Positions 41,704 to 51,440 of a stretch of DNA of 64,000 nucleotides are shown here, one piece after another. The position numbers were made by a program, and so were the translations under genes. Where the stretch lies: IMG/VR virus record IMGVR_UViG_3300025881_001848. One strand, written 5' to 3'. The DNA is from an uncultured virus (IMG/VR IMGVR_UViG_3300025881_001848) (taxonomy: Duplodnaviria > Heunggongvirae > Uroviricota > Caudoviricetes). The notes under the pieces were generated by a model. It was not told the DNA's origin, made no database searches, and worked only from the letters and a program-made list of their open reading frames with translations. Each line of letters begins with the position of its first letter. The first letter of the stretch is position 1.

Positions 41704-41852
41704 GTAATACCGTTTATCAAGATGCCGTATCAGCCTTTGCTGTTGCGGCATTTTTTTTGCTCAAAAACGAGCAATAAAAGCAAAATTGATTGACAATTCG
41801 CGTCATTATGATAAAGTTAATGCACTTAAAAATATACGCGCAAGGCATTATC

Positions 41853-42242
41853 ATGTATACTTTCGGCCGTCTAAAACATCATGGGTTCACCCCGTCAGCG
41901 CCCTTGGGCTTATTGCAAGCTTTTAAGACCATTTATCGCAACGGAGAGAGGTTTATTGCCATTGGCATTAATGCCGACACCGATGTATTTGAGAAGCCGA
42001 CACAGTGCAAGCTCATATTTACTGTGTTAACGGAAGATTTTGGTGTGCATATTCCCTTGGGGAATGCGGATGATTTAGCCCAAGCGATTAAGTTAATCAT
42101 CGAAAATGTCGATAGCCTACATGGCTATCAGTTGGCGCTTAGTGATATTAAGCTGCTTGATGAGCTACTAAAAATAGCGACATACTTTTTAGAGACAGGT
42201 TTGTCTCTTCAAGAAATGAAAAAGGCGATGGCCTATGAGTAA
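41853..42242 (+). CDS. hypothetical protein
   Basis: promoter 41790; start revised. Confidence 0.75.
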   Translation: MYTFGRLKHHGFTPSAPLGLLQAFKTIYRNGERFIAIGINADTDVFEKPTQCKLIFTVLTEDFGVHIPLGNADDLAQAIKLIIENVDSLHGYQLALSDIKLLDELLKIATYFLETGLSLQEMKKAMAYE

Positions 42243-42546
42243 GCTCGATGCACTGCTCACCCAGCCCATGAAGTCGTCAAAGGCGTTGGTGATGTTTTTA
42301 GTCGTTATATCAGTGCTAACGATAGTAGATTATGCATTAGGTGCCACCGGCGTGTATACGTCCTTTGGCAGTGGGTATATCGCTTCGTTTGTATTGGGTG
42401 TTTCGCTCATGATATTGGGCGGTATGTTTCTTCATCGTCGTGCAGAGGATTCTCACGATCTTTATTATGGTGCTGTGTTTGTCAGTGCCGGACTGCTGCT
42501 CACCACATTGGTGGTGATAGTCCAATTTATCAAGTTATTAATATAA
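42235..42546 (+). CDS. membrane protein (3 TM)
   Basis: three hydrophobic segments. Confidence 0.75.
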   Translation: MSKLDALLTQPMKSSKALVMFLVVISVLTIVDYALGATGVYTSFGSGYIASFVLGVSLMILGGMFLHRRAEDSHDLYYGAVFVSAGLLLTTLVVIVQFIKLLI

Positions 42547-42560
42547 TTTACAGGAATAAT

Positions 42561-42944
42561 ATGTCATTAAATACTACCGTTGCCGAATGTCGAAGCCGAA
42601 TGAGCGTTAAGGGCTGGAAAGCATTTTGTGAAAAGCGGGTTAAGAAAGGTAAAGGGTCGCCCACATTACTTGTGGGACAAACGCCTGTTTTTTTGAGCAC
42701 TGAAGATATGAAGGTGTATGAGTATGAGGTTGATCCGATTGCCCCTATGAGTCCGAGAGTGACGCCAATAGATACGCCGGCTGAAGATGCCGACTTTGGT
42801 GTGCAAATGGTAAAGGTGATATCAAACCAAGACGATTTTGATTTCTCGATGCGCATACGAGGGTATGTGGTCAGCAAAGTCATGGCGAATATGCCATTAA
42901 TGCCGATTAAGCGATATAACGGTGGCTATGCATACATAGCATGA
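42561..42944 (+). CDS. hypothetical protein
   Basis: AGGA RBS. Confidence 0.75.
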   Translation: MSLNTTVAECRSRMSVKGWKAFCEKRVKKGKGSPTLLVGQTPVFLSTEDMKVYEYEVDPIAPMSPRVTPIDTPAEDADFGVQMVKVISNQDDFDFSMRIRGYVVSKVMANMPLMPIKRYNGGYAYIA

Positions 42945-43027
42945 GTAGCGTTGCATCAGAGTAGTTTACGCGCCTTGTGCGCAATAATTTGCCTTGTCAC
43001 GAGGCGTAAAAAGGAAAATGCGTTAAT

Positions 43028-43315
43028 ATGAGTAATATTACCCCGTCACATTATTTGCAGCGCCCCGTTGGGTCGGTGTCACAAAACGGCGATACGGAAA
43101 CTATCGCTCGCAATATCATGGCGATATTGTCCCGAGAAGGTAATCAGTTTCGCGAATTGTCATTTGATGAATACAAATTGTCGCGTATTCAAGACGGTGC
43201 AACTGAGTTTGCTGTGTCAGCTGAGAAGCCGCATTTTGATATTGCTGCGCCATACTGTATATCCGCGCAACGTGCGAATGACTTTTGTGAGGGATGGTAT
43301 ACACAAAAAGTGTAA
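43028..43315 (+). CDS. hypothetical protein
   Basis: ORF in operon. Confidence 0.7.
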   Translation: MSNITPSHYLQRPVGSVSQNGDTETIARNIMAILSREGNQFRELSFDEYKLSRIQDGATEFAVSAEKPHFDIAAPYCISAQRANDFCEGWYTQKV

Positions 43316-43342
43316 ATTAATGGACTAATGGAGTAGGTTAAC

Positions 43343-43498
43343 ATGGATGTAAATCAAGCATATTCACAAGGCAAAAAAGCGGGACTTGCAGGGGATGGTA
43401 TCAATAAGGATCCCTATCCACCTTTAGGTGCGTTTAGTCATCGTTGGCAGCATGGTTATCGGGATGGCGCTGAGGCGCGTAAAACTGAAAGTGCGTAA
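43343..43498 (+). CDS. RMF/CrpP-like 51-aa protein (not in ORF track)
   Basis: AYSQGKKAGLAG.....DPY.......RWQHGYRDG matches the RMF pattern A...G..AG.AG.....CPY......W..GW. Confidence 0.65.
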   Translation: MDVNQAYSQGKKAGLAGDGINKDPYPPLGAFSHRWQHGYRDGAEARKTESA

Positions 43499-43550
43499 TG
43501 TGATAGATAAAAGAAAGGCAGCGTTATCGAAAGGTAAGCTGCCTTTTTTG

Positions 43551-44342
43551 TTATGCGCGGTTTAAGCGTCTAGTCAACAGCCCTGCTACGCCAAGTAGCA
43601 TAATAGCAATTGAGCTGGGTGCGTTAACGCTGGTAGGGCTAATAAACTGCTGGGAGATGATGAGTTCGTCTGTCATCGTCCGCGCCACGCCATTACCTTC
43701 AAGTACGGCGCGATTAGAGTCGTACTGTCGTGACAAAAATAAACCGGTATTAATAGGACCTGCTAAAGCACCGACAGAAACGACGTCGGTAAATCCTGAG
43801 TCAGTAGGTGGGTAATATTCAACGCCTAATGCTTTTAGTCGCCCAGGCGCGAGGAATGTGTTTGATGTGCCGTATATGAAACTAGCGCCGTAATCGGTGC
43901 GAACTTCACCTAAGAACAAGTCGCTCACTTCTTGTATACCTTCTTGTGTCAAGCCGGAGGTAACACTATTGCGTGTCGGCAGTGTTACATTGTGAAGGTT
44001 TGATAAGAAGGTGTGAGCTGCATCAAAGTCGGTTAATCGCCAGTCTTCAAGGATAAGGTTTCGCAGTGACTCTGATAGTAATACCGAGTTATCCTCTCCA
44101 TTGACGCAGGTGTAAGGTTGGTTAACGGGAGCATCGACAAAGCTTGCTTCATACTCGCATGCGCTTACCCCGAATGTAAGTCCTATGTCGAGCCATTCAA
44201 TGCCCGTTTGGAGATCGACAACGGATGCACCGCGATCGATAAATTGGTTGTCATTTTGAAATGACGTGAAATTATATATGACGTCGGCATGAGAAAAAGT
44301 GCTGATCGCCAGTAGTGCGGCGGTAATAAGGCTGCGTTTCAT
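43551..44342 (-). CDS. PEP-CTERM-type sorted surface protein (VNAP, divergent)
   Basis: signal peptide; DLQTGIEWL; VNAP-TM-RR. Confidence 0.85.
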   Translation of the reverse strand: MKRSLITAALLAISTFSHADVIYNFTSFQNDNQFIDRGASVVDLQTGIEWLDIGLTFGVSACEYEASFVDAPVNQPYTCVNGEDNSVLLSESLRNLILEDWRLTDFDAAHTFLSNLHNVTLPTRNSVTSGLTQEGIQEVSDLFLGEVRTDYGASFIYGTSNTFLAPGRLKALGVEYYPPTDSGFTDVVSVGALAGPINTGLFLSRQYDSNRAVLEGNGVARTMTDELIISQQFISPTSVNAPSSIAIMLLGVAGLLTRRLNRA

Positions 44343-44491
44343 GTGTTTACTTCCATTTTATTTAACGAAGTAAACCTATCATATTAGCTGCACTATAGCG
44401 TAAAGCGGATGGTTTAATTTTGTGCTGCGATGCACCATCAAAAAGGTTGTGCTGAGGTTGGTTGAGGGTATCTACCCTCAACCTAGATAAA

Positions 44492-44757
44492 CTACACCGT
44501 ATTGATTATTTCTTTTCGAGCTTCTTGTAGTTGCGTGATAAGTGTATCAATGCTGTTCAAGGCACTGGCTTTATCAAAGGGATCAAAGCCCCTCTCTTTT
44601 TCACACTGTGTTGCGTCATCCTCATCTACTGGGCGTATATCGTCTTCCTTGTGTCGCCTTTTTGGGGCACAAAATCATCGATGATGTCGCTTGAGTTGCT
44701 GGCGATAGCGTCCATTACTTTAACAAAGATGTCGTGAATTTGGCTGCGATTACTCAT
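44492..44757 (-). pseudogene. frameshifted small gene
   Basis: promoter 44820 and CA leader; frame break near CCCCAAAAA (44659-44667). Confidence 0.5.
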
Positions 44758-44825
44758 AGTGTTTCCCGTGTGTGGTTTAGTTTATTTACTGTACACAGTG
44801 TACATTCAAAATGATAAAATGTCAA

Positions 44826-45134
44826 TCATTTATCATTTTCTTTAGCGAAAGGCTCATTTGTTCTGATGAAGCAAAATCCGCGCCCAGCGCAATTGTCGCA
44901 CCACATGGTTTCGTCAGGCAAGAACACATCGCCTTCCAATCCGGTTTGCTTAACTGAGCCAGTGCCTTTGCATGTTGGGCATTTGTAGCTTACCTCGGAG
45001 ATGACGTATTCGCCAACGTCGGTAGGCAAGCTGCTGACTGTTTTCATTTTATCTTTGAGCCACTGGGGCAGTGCGGGTAATTTCACGCTATTTTCCTTGT
45101 ACTGAGAAGCGCCCTTGGTTTCCCATGAGCGCAC
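44826..45134 (-). CDS. DnaJ-type zinc-finger-like protein
   Basis: CPTCKGTG...CDNCAGRG. Confidence 0.7.
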   Translation of the reverse strand: MRSWETKGASQYKENSVKLPALPQWLKDKMKTVSSLPTDVGEYVISEVSYKCPTCKGTGSVKQTGLEGDVFLPDETMWCDNCAGRGFCFIRTNEPFAKENDK

Positions 45135-45141
45135 CTTGTGT

Positions 45142-45381
45142 TTATTTTGTGAAGGAGATGGCTTCGGGGTTTTCCCACTCCCAGTACCCGCCTTGTTCTT
45201 CAGCCCACTTTTCTAGTTCTGGGGCGATGTAGGGCGTTCCTCCTCTGAACTCACCATAGTAGTCGATAGCGTCAGGATCGGCGGTCATGATAAGCGTCTC
45301 ATGCTTAACGAATACGACGGGGCGTGTCGTCATTTCAAGTTGGGCGTCTAGGACTTGTATATGGATAGTAGGTGTTTTCAT
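45142..45381 (-). CDS. hypothetical protein
   Basis: promoter 45446 on - strand, CACACACAAGG leader. Confidence 0.8.
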   Translation of the reverse strand: MKTPTIHIQVLDAQLEMTTRPVVFVKHETLIMTADPDAIDYYGEFRGGTPYIAPELEKWAEEQGGYWEWENPEAISFTK

Positions 45382-45557
45382 CGGTTTGACCTTGTGTGTG
45401 CAAGTGTATTTAACTTACCAATATAGTATATTAAATACGATATAATGTCAATCATTTATTGTAAACAAAGCAAATACATCACGGCCGATAAGGCGGTCGT
45501 GATGGTGGCAAGGTTGTGTAATATCCTTTAAGGCGCACTCACCCTGCTTTTTTAGGC

Positions 45558-45809
45558 TTAATGTGCCTTAAAGGGGGGATTGTCCCACTTGGTTTTGCAT
45601 GATGGGCATAGTACTGCATCAGGAATGAGGCCTTTTATGGTTACCCACTGCGTACAGTGTCCACAATATTGCTCGCAAGCGGATTGGTCTGCACTACTGT
45701 CCACGTCAATCGATTGTCCATCGGGAAGAATGAACGTGCTCTCCTGTTGTTTCTTTTCTATACGCCAGTCGCGGCGTTGGCCATGTTGAGGGTTCGTTTT
45801 AGTATCCAT
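45558..45809 (-). CDS. zinc-ribbon protein
   Basis: CGHC...CPSC. Confidence 0.7.
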   Translation of the reverse strand: MDTKTNPQHGQRRDWRIEKKQQESTFILPDGQSIDVDSSADQSACEQYCGHCTQWVTIKGLIPDAVLCPSCKTKWDNPPFKAH

Positions 45810-45813
45810 AGCG

Positions 45814-46290
45814 TTATATGCCTATTTTGATAGTGTGTGATGTATACGGTCTATCATCACCCGCATCTATACGAAGGCCATTGGCCTTTCTAGTCAATTC
45901 AGTGTTGTTGATAAAACCGGCATCGATATACAAGGGGATAATAGCATCATCACCATTGGTGATATGAAAAGTCACATGGGCGAGCTGCATCATATTTGGG
46001 ATATTAAACTGGTATTGCGCTTCTTTAGCACCTTCATTAAACCAACCGTCAAGGTGACGCTTAATAGCGTGTCGTAAAGAGCCGTTAGTATGCGCTTTCA
46101 CTTCATCGTGAAATACGTTGTGTCCGTTGATGGTATATTCAACCACGGCGTTGCCGTTGGTGTGTCTTGATATGCTAATAGTACCACCGTTGGCCAGCAT
46201 TGCAATGACGCCCCAGCCGCGAGTATCAAAATCCACGATGATCGTGTTTTCATTGTCCGTTTCGGCAGTCGCCAAGGCGTGAGTGGTCAT
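45814..46290 (-). CDS. hypothetical protein
   Basis: promoter 46344 on - strand, CA leader. Confidence 0.8.
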   Translation of the reverse strand: MTTHALATAETDNENTIIVDFDTRGWGVIAMLANGGTISISRHTNGNAVVEYTINGHNVFHDEVKAHTNGSLRHAIKRHLDGWFNEGAKEAQYQFNIPNMMQLAHVTFHITNGDDAIIPLYIDAGFINNTELTRKANGLRIDAGDDRPYTSHTIKIGI

Positions 46291-46358
46291 AAGTTACCCT
46301 AGTGTGTGTTTCATTATGATAATGATACCATGCACACTAAAATTGTCAATCATTTATG

Positions 46359-46631
46359 CTAAATGTTTACAAGTATTTCACCCGATTCAATCATTAGGTT
46401 AATGTCGTTTTCGAATTTATAGGCGACTTGGTAAAAGGCTTGTTTTTCCTCAAGCTCCGCGAGGGAATTGATTTTTCGTGGGCGGTTGGCAGCCACATCC
46501 TCTGCGCTTTGCAAGGAATCAAATATTGTATCGGGATCGTCCAATGCAATAAACTGTTTAGCCACATCCAATATAGCATTGTGTCTGGCGGGTTGTTCAA
46601 GTGCAAAAAGTGCTTTTACGGTGGCCGTCAT
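46359..46631 (-). CDS. hypothetical protein
   Basis: degenerate promoter upstream; start revised. Confidence 0.7.
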   Translation of the reverse strand: MTATVKALFALEQPARHNAILDVAKQFIALDDPDTIFDSLQSAEDVAANRPRKINSLAELEEKQAFYQVAYKFENDINLMIESGEILVNI

Positions 46632-46866
46632 AAAAATTTCCAATGGACGTTATTCTTACTGCCACTATACATTTCAAAATGATAAAAGTCCAGTCGTATT
46701 ACTCCTTACGCCGGATTAATATCAATAGGCGAAAATTCGATAATAAAGTGCGCTTTGCAATCTTCATTGACGCACATGAAATTTATCTGGCAGCTGTCAG
46801 CGGCGATGATGGTGTTGTCGATTTCATCATCTTGCGTGAGATCGCCATTACATTCTTGGCATTGCA

Positions 46867-47040
46867 TCAGTTATCCCACCCTTCACCTTCTTCGGATAGA
46901 TCATCTAAACAGGATTCGCATCTACCAGAATCATCGTGCTTGGTTAATTCGGTAACATTACACACGTAACAGATCTCGACCTCTTTTACCGCTTTTTTTG
47001 CTGTGCGATTTGGTTTGCGTTTTTTAGTAATGTTACTCAT
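46867..47040 (-). CDS. 57-aa zinc-finger mini-protein (not in ORF track)
   Basis: promoter 47101, ACACACACAAAGGA leader; CYVC...CESC. Confidence 0.7.
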   Translation of the reverse strand: MSNITKKRKPNRTAKKAVKEVEICYVCNVTELTKHDDSGRCESCLDDLSEEGEGWDN

Positions 47041-47182
47041 TTTCTGCGTCCTTTGTGTGTGTTTCTTAACTGTCCCTATTATCCGTTAAACAGCCTTATT
47101 TGTCAATCATAAATATTTATTAACCCACAAAAAAGGCTACACAATAGTAGCCCTTTTACGGTGGTTGGTTAGTGCATAACCC

Positions 47183-49507
47183 TTAGATTTTGCACGCTCC
47201 TCCCTCACAATCCGACTCACCTTCTACTTCAATAACGGTGTTCACTGCTACTGCATCATCTTTCATAGTAACTTCATCACCCGCACCATCGCGAGTGTTA
47301 TGATAGTACAATGTTTTCACGCCTAGCTTGTAGCACTTAAGTAAGTCTTTAAGCATCAGTTTCATCGGTACGCGACCATTATCAAACTTGCTAGGATCAT
47401 AGCTAGTGTTAGCTGAAATCGTTTGGTCAACAAACTTTTGCATGATAGCCACTAGGTTAATGTAACCATCATTGTTAGGTAAGTCCCATAACGTTTCATA
47501 CGCTTTTTTAAGTCTTTCAAACTCTGGTACTACTTGCCCGAATATACCGTCTTTACTTGACTTGATGGTAACAAGCCCTCTTGGTGGCTCAATACCGTTT
47601 GTTGCATTTGACACTTGTGAACTTGTTTCAGAAGGCATCAAGGCTGATAACGTTGAATTGCGCATGCCGTACTTAAGGATATCGGCACGTAATGTTTCCC
47701 AATCCATTTTAAGCGGTGTATCACAAATTGCATCTACGTCTTTTTTGTAGGTGTCGATAGGTAAGATACCTTGTGACATTTTAGTTTCGTGAAACAAAGG
47801 ACATGCCCCTGATTCTTTCGCTAAATTTACCGATGCTTTCATGAGGTAATATTGCATAGCTTCAAATGTTTCGTGTACTAAGCTATTAGCTGAACCGTCT
47901 GAATATTTCACACCATTTTTAGCTAAGAAGTAAGCAAAGTTGATTACGCCTACGCCTAGTGTTCTGCGTCCCATTGTCGCTATCTTAGCCGCGATAACAG
48001 GGTAGTTTTGGTAATCTAGTAAGCTGTCAAGCGCTCTTACTGCTAAATCAGCAAGCTCGTCCATTTCTTCTAGTGAATCAATCGCGCCTAGGTTGAATGC
48101 TGATAATGTACATAAGGCAATTTCACCATTTTCATCATGTATATGCTCAAGTGGTTTTGTTGGCAATGCAATTTCAAGGCAAAGGTTGCTTTGCTTAATA
48201 GGGGCAACTTCTGGTCTAAATGGGCTGTGCGTATTACAGTGATCAACGTTTTGAATGTAAATGCGGCCAGTACCTGAGCGCTCTTGCATTAACACTGAAA
48301 ATAAATCTAGTGCTTTAACGACTTTCTTAGTGATAGTTTCATCTGCTTCATACATTGCATATAAACGCTCGAACTCGGCTTGATCAGCAAAGAATGCGTC
48401 ATACAATCCTGGGACGTCTGACGGACTAAATAGGGTGATATTGCCATTTGACTTAATTAAACGCTGATACATGGCTTTGTTAAGTTGTACACCATAATCT
48501 AAATGACGAACACGATTTTCATCAACGCCTTTGTTGTTCTTAAGGACTAATAAAGATTCACACTCAGCATGCCATAATGGATAAAATACGGTAGCCGCGC
48601 CACCTCTAACTCCACCTTGTGAACATGATTTAACAGCCGTCTGCATGTGCTTATAAAAAGGAATGCAGCCAGTGTGAAAAGCTTCACCGCCACGGATAGG
48701 GCTACCAAGGGCACGAATTTGACCTAAGTTAAGTCCAATACCTGCACGTTGACTTACATATTTAACTACCGCACTTGATGCCGCATTAATCGAATCTAAG
48801 CTATCACCCGCTTCAATGAGTACACAAGAGCTAAACTGTCTTGTTGGTGTTCTTACACCCGACATAATTGGCGTAGGCAATGACAACTTGAATGTTGATG
48901 TTGCATCGTAAAAGCGCTTTACATACCCCATACGTGTTTCTTTAGGGTAGTTTTGGAACAAGCAAGCCGCTACGAGTACATATAGGAATTGTGGTGTTTC
49001 AAAGATAGGCTTCATTTTCTCTTTTGATGCTCTATCTTGCACTAAGTATTTGCCTTCGAGTTGCTTTAACCCTGCATAAGCAAACGTTAGGTCTCTTGAA
49101 TGGTCTATATAGTCATTAAGCTCGTTGAATTCAGCTTCACTGTAAGACGATAACAACTCACTGTCATACTTGCCAATACCGACTAATCGAGTCACTTGGT
49201 CAAACAATGTTGGTGGTTCAAATTGACCGTATGCACGCTTACGTAAATGGAACATCGCTAGTCTAGCCGCTAAGTACTGGTAATCAGGTGTTTCTTCACA
49301 TATAAGCTCAGCCGCCGCCTTGATAAGGGTCTCATGAATTTGCGCTGTTGATATACCTTCAAAGAACATGATTTGTGCTTTTAGCTCAACTTGTGAAACC
49401 GATACGTTCTTAAGCCCTTTAGCCGCCCATTCAACTACTCTATGAATTTTATCTAACTGAATTGGTTCTGATGTGCCGTTGCGCTTAGTTACTAATAATG
49501 TGCTCAT
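47183..49507 (-). CDS. nrdA: class Ia ribonucleotide reductase alpha subunit
   Basis: ATP-cone VTKRNG, RQFSSCVLI, SCSQGGVRGG, QSNLCLEI, KTLYY, C-terminal CEGGACKI. Confidence 0.98.
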   Translation of the reverse strand: MSTLLVTKRNGTSEPIQLDKIHRVVEWAAKGLKNVSVSQVELKAQIMFFEGISTAQIHETLIKAAAELICEETPDYQYLAARLAMFHLRKRAYGQFEPPTLFDQVTRLVGIGKYDSELLSSYSEAEFNELNDYIDHSRDLTFAYAGLKQLEGKYLVQDRASKEKMKPIFETPQFLYVLVAACLFQNYPKETRMGYVKRFYDATSTFKLSLPTPIMSGVRTPTRQFSSCVLIEAGDSLDSINAASSAVVKYVSQRAGIGLNLGQIRALGSPIRGGEAFHTGCIPFYKHMQTAVKSCSQGGVRGGAATVFYPLWHAECESLLVLKNNKGVDENRVRHLDYGVQLNKAMYQRLIKSNGNITLFSPSDVPGLYDAFFADQAEFERLYAMYEADETITKKVVKALDLFSVLMQERSGTGRIYIQNVDHCNTHSPFRPEVAPIKQSNLCLEIALPTKPLEHIHDENGEIALCTLSAFNLGAIDSLEEMDELADLAVRALDSLLDYQNYPVIAAKIATMGRRTLGVGVINFAYFLAKNGVKYSDGSANSLVHETFEAMQYYLMKASVNLAKESGACPLFHETKMSQGILPIDTYKKDVDAICDTPLKMDWETLRADILKYGMRNSTLSALMPSETSSQVSNATNGIEPPRGLVTIKSSKDGIFGQVVPEFERLKKAYETLWDLPNNDGYINLVAIMQKFVDQTISANTSYDPSKFDNGRVPMKLMLKDLLKCYKLGVKTLYYHNTRDGAGDEVTMKDDAVAVNTVIEVEGESDCEGGACKI

Positions 49508-49599
49508 GTGTGATTCCTCTAATTAATCTTGGGTAGTGCTTATTTGATGTAGCTATATTACTTCATTATGATAATATTGTCAATCATTAATTCTTAAAC

Positions 49600-49615
49600 A
49601 ACCTCTATATAGTGT
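49600..49615. promoter_or_regulatory. candidate NrdR box
   Basis: AACCTCTATATAGTGT upstream of nrdA; resembles acaCwAtATaTwGtgt. Confidence 0.45.
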
Positions 49616-49795
49616 TTAAATATTATCTCACTACTACATAGGCGATTTACTTGACAAATATATGTACTAAAACCCACCCTCCTGTAAGGCGCAGCCGAGT
49701 GTGAGCATTTTACCTTTAGTATCTGGCAATAAATGATTGACAAAATGCACTATGATGGTATGATTAACTCCTCCACACACACAAGGTAAAAAAAT

Positions 49796-50293
49796 ATGTC
49801 AAACATCAGTTTCCTCACCAGTCAAAAAGAACAAGCAGTGGTTAATAATGTTGAAACATTAAAGACCGCAATCTTATCGGCATATGATCCCGTATCCTTT
49901 ACAGAGAAAAGTAATATCATTCGGATCAGTCCCGTAATTAATGTGCTGTATGGAATACGCATTGAGTCTACGGGTAATTTTAGTCGTGCTAGCTTTTCGT
50001 TTGAGATTGGTTTATTTGAAGAAGCCGATTTTTACGGCTTAGCGAATGACAAACTACAAGCGATTTACGCCCAAGAGAGAGCGGGTGATAAAAAGGCGTT
50101 CCTTGCACTGCAAAAGATCGCCAGAAGACGTTACGGCAAAAATCTTGATATCTCATTGTACTCGGGTAAGTCTCGCGTAAAGGTTGATGTGACGGAGTTA
50201 GATATTGAAACGCTAGCCTGCGTTGAGAAGTTGTTGCGAGTGAGCCGTTTAAAGCCCCGCGCCAATGACATCAGACATGTTAACTTTAGATAA
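49796..50293 (+). CDS. hypothetical protein
   Basis: promoter 49737, CA leader. Confidence 0.8.
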   Translation: MSNISFLTSQKEQAVVNNVETLKTAILSAYDPVSFTEKSNIIRISPVINVLYGIRIESTGNFSRASFSFEIGLFEEADFYGLANDKLQAIYAQERAGDKKAFLALQKIARRRYGKNLDISLYSGKSRVKVDVTELDIETLACVEKLLRVSRLKPRANDIRHVNFR

Positions 50294-50310
50294 GGGAATA
50301 AGGAACAATT

Positions 50311-50610
50311 ATGCAAATATCAGCCGCAGGTGAACATCCTATACAGCCGCCCCTTGAGTCGGTAGACCACCCTGATTATTATGCGTGGGTGAAATACCGC
50401 GCCGAAAGTGCAAATGGACTAACCCAAGCCCTGCCGTTTGCAGCGTGGCTGTCTACCGTTGAGATAGAACGTCAACGTGCAGCTGGTCAGTTGTCATATC
50501 AAATTATCAATGCCCATGAACGTGGTGAAGCGTATTGGTCGTATAGCCGCGCTGAGCACGCGCAAAATCGCACACCAGTCGTATTCGAAGAGTGGTTAAT
50601 TAAGTGTTAA
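50311..50610 (+). CDS. hypothetical protein with two internal repeats
   Basis: Y.AW..YRAE...F..WL pattern twice; AAGGA RBS. Confidence 0.75.
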   Translation: MQISAAGEHPIQPPLESVDHPDYYAWVKYRAESANGLTQALPFAAWLSTVEIERQRAAGQLSYQIINAHERGEAYWSYSRAEHAQNRTPVVFEEWLIKC

Positions 50611-50678
50611 TGATTGACAAATTATCATAATGAAGTATACTGTCTATATTGAATTAACACACACGTAGGCAGTTTTTT

Positions 50679-51245
50679 ATGCAGAAGTTTAAATCAAAAT
50701 ACCTTATGAACGATGGTGAAGTGCGCTTTACGACATTTCGCCCGAGTTTTAATGTGCATCGTAGTAATTTTGATGTGTCGCTAGCCAATCTTAAAATGTT
50801 TAAGGCGAGTTTAGAGATGACGGGCGCTATCGTAGTGACCGGTCGTATACTGCAAGGCAAAGAAGCTAGGCGTCATATTGCGCTATTAGTCCATGTTGCT
50901 GTTAATCGCTTTAATAAAACCCCTCGTTCAAACAGAGATCGCACAATCAGTAAGGAACGCTGTGCGATTGCGTATCAAAACAAATTTGCACAAAGTAAGC
51001 AGTGGAGCACCCTCATTAGGCAAGCGATTAAAGCATATGCTAATGTTAAGCATGCTGCCAAACAAACAATGACACAAGATGATTACGAGCCTACCCCTCG
51101 CGGGAAAGCAAAAGATCCATACGAGACTGAATTCACCCGTATTATTAAGCGTGTTGGTCTTCGTCATTTTGAGCGTATATTGCGTGATGCAAAGACCAAT
51201 GATCCCTTCATAGATAACCTTATCAGCGATGCCATTATCGCCTAG
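50679..51245 (+). CDS. basic hypothetical protein
   Basis: promoter 50614, CA leader. Confidence 0.8.
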   Translation: MQKFKSKYLMNDGEVRFTTFRPSFNVHRSNFDVSLANLKMFKASLEMTGAIVVTGRILQGKEARRHIALLVHVAVNRFNKTPRSNRDRTISKERCAIAYQNKFAQSKQWSTLIRQAIKAYANVKHAAKQTMTQDDYEPTPRGKAKDPYETEFTRIIKRVGLRHFERILRDAKTNDPFIDNLISDAIIA

Positions 51246-51440
51246 TCATTATTTGGGCAGGTTTGCTGTCAACTTTACTTTATGTGATATTATCATTTTG
51301 TTGATTTAATAAGTGCTGAACGTTCAATCCTTGCTTGTAGCCCAAGCAAAGTGTGCACACCTTTGTATTTTAAGATGCATCGGTTCGCATATTAGCGATT
51401 GTCGTTTAGGGCTTATTTACACATGAACTAAGGAAGTACT

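Noticed and set aside
46643..46969. + strand 108-aa ORF
   Set aside because: Shadow of two - strand zinc-finger ORFs that have a promoter, CA leader and RBS.
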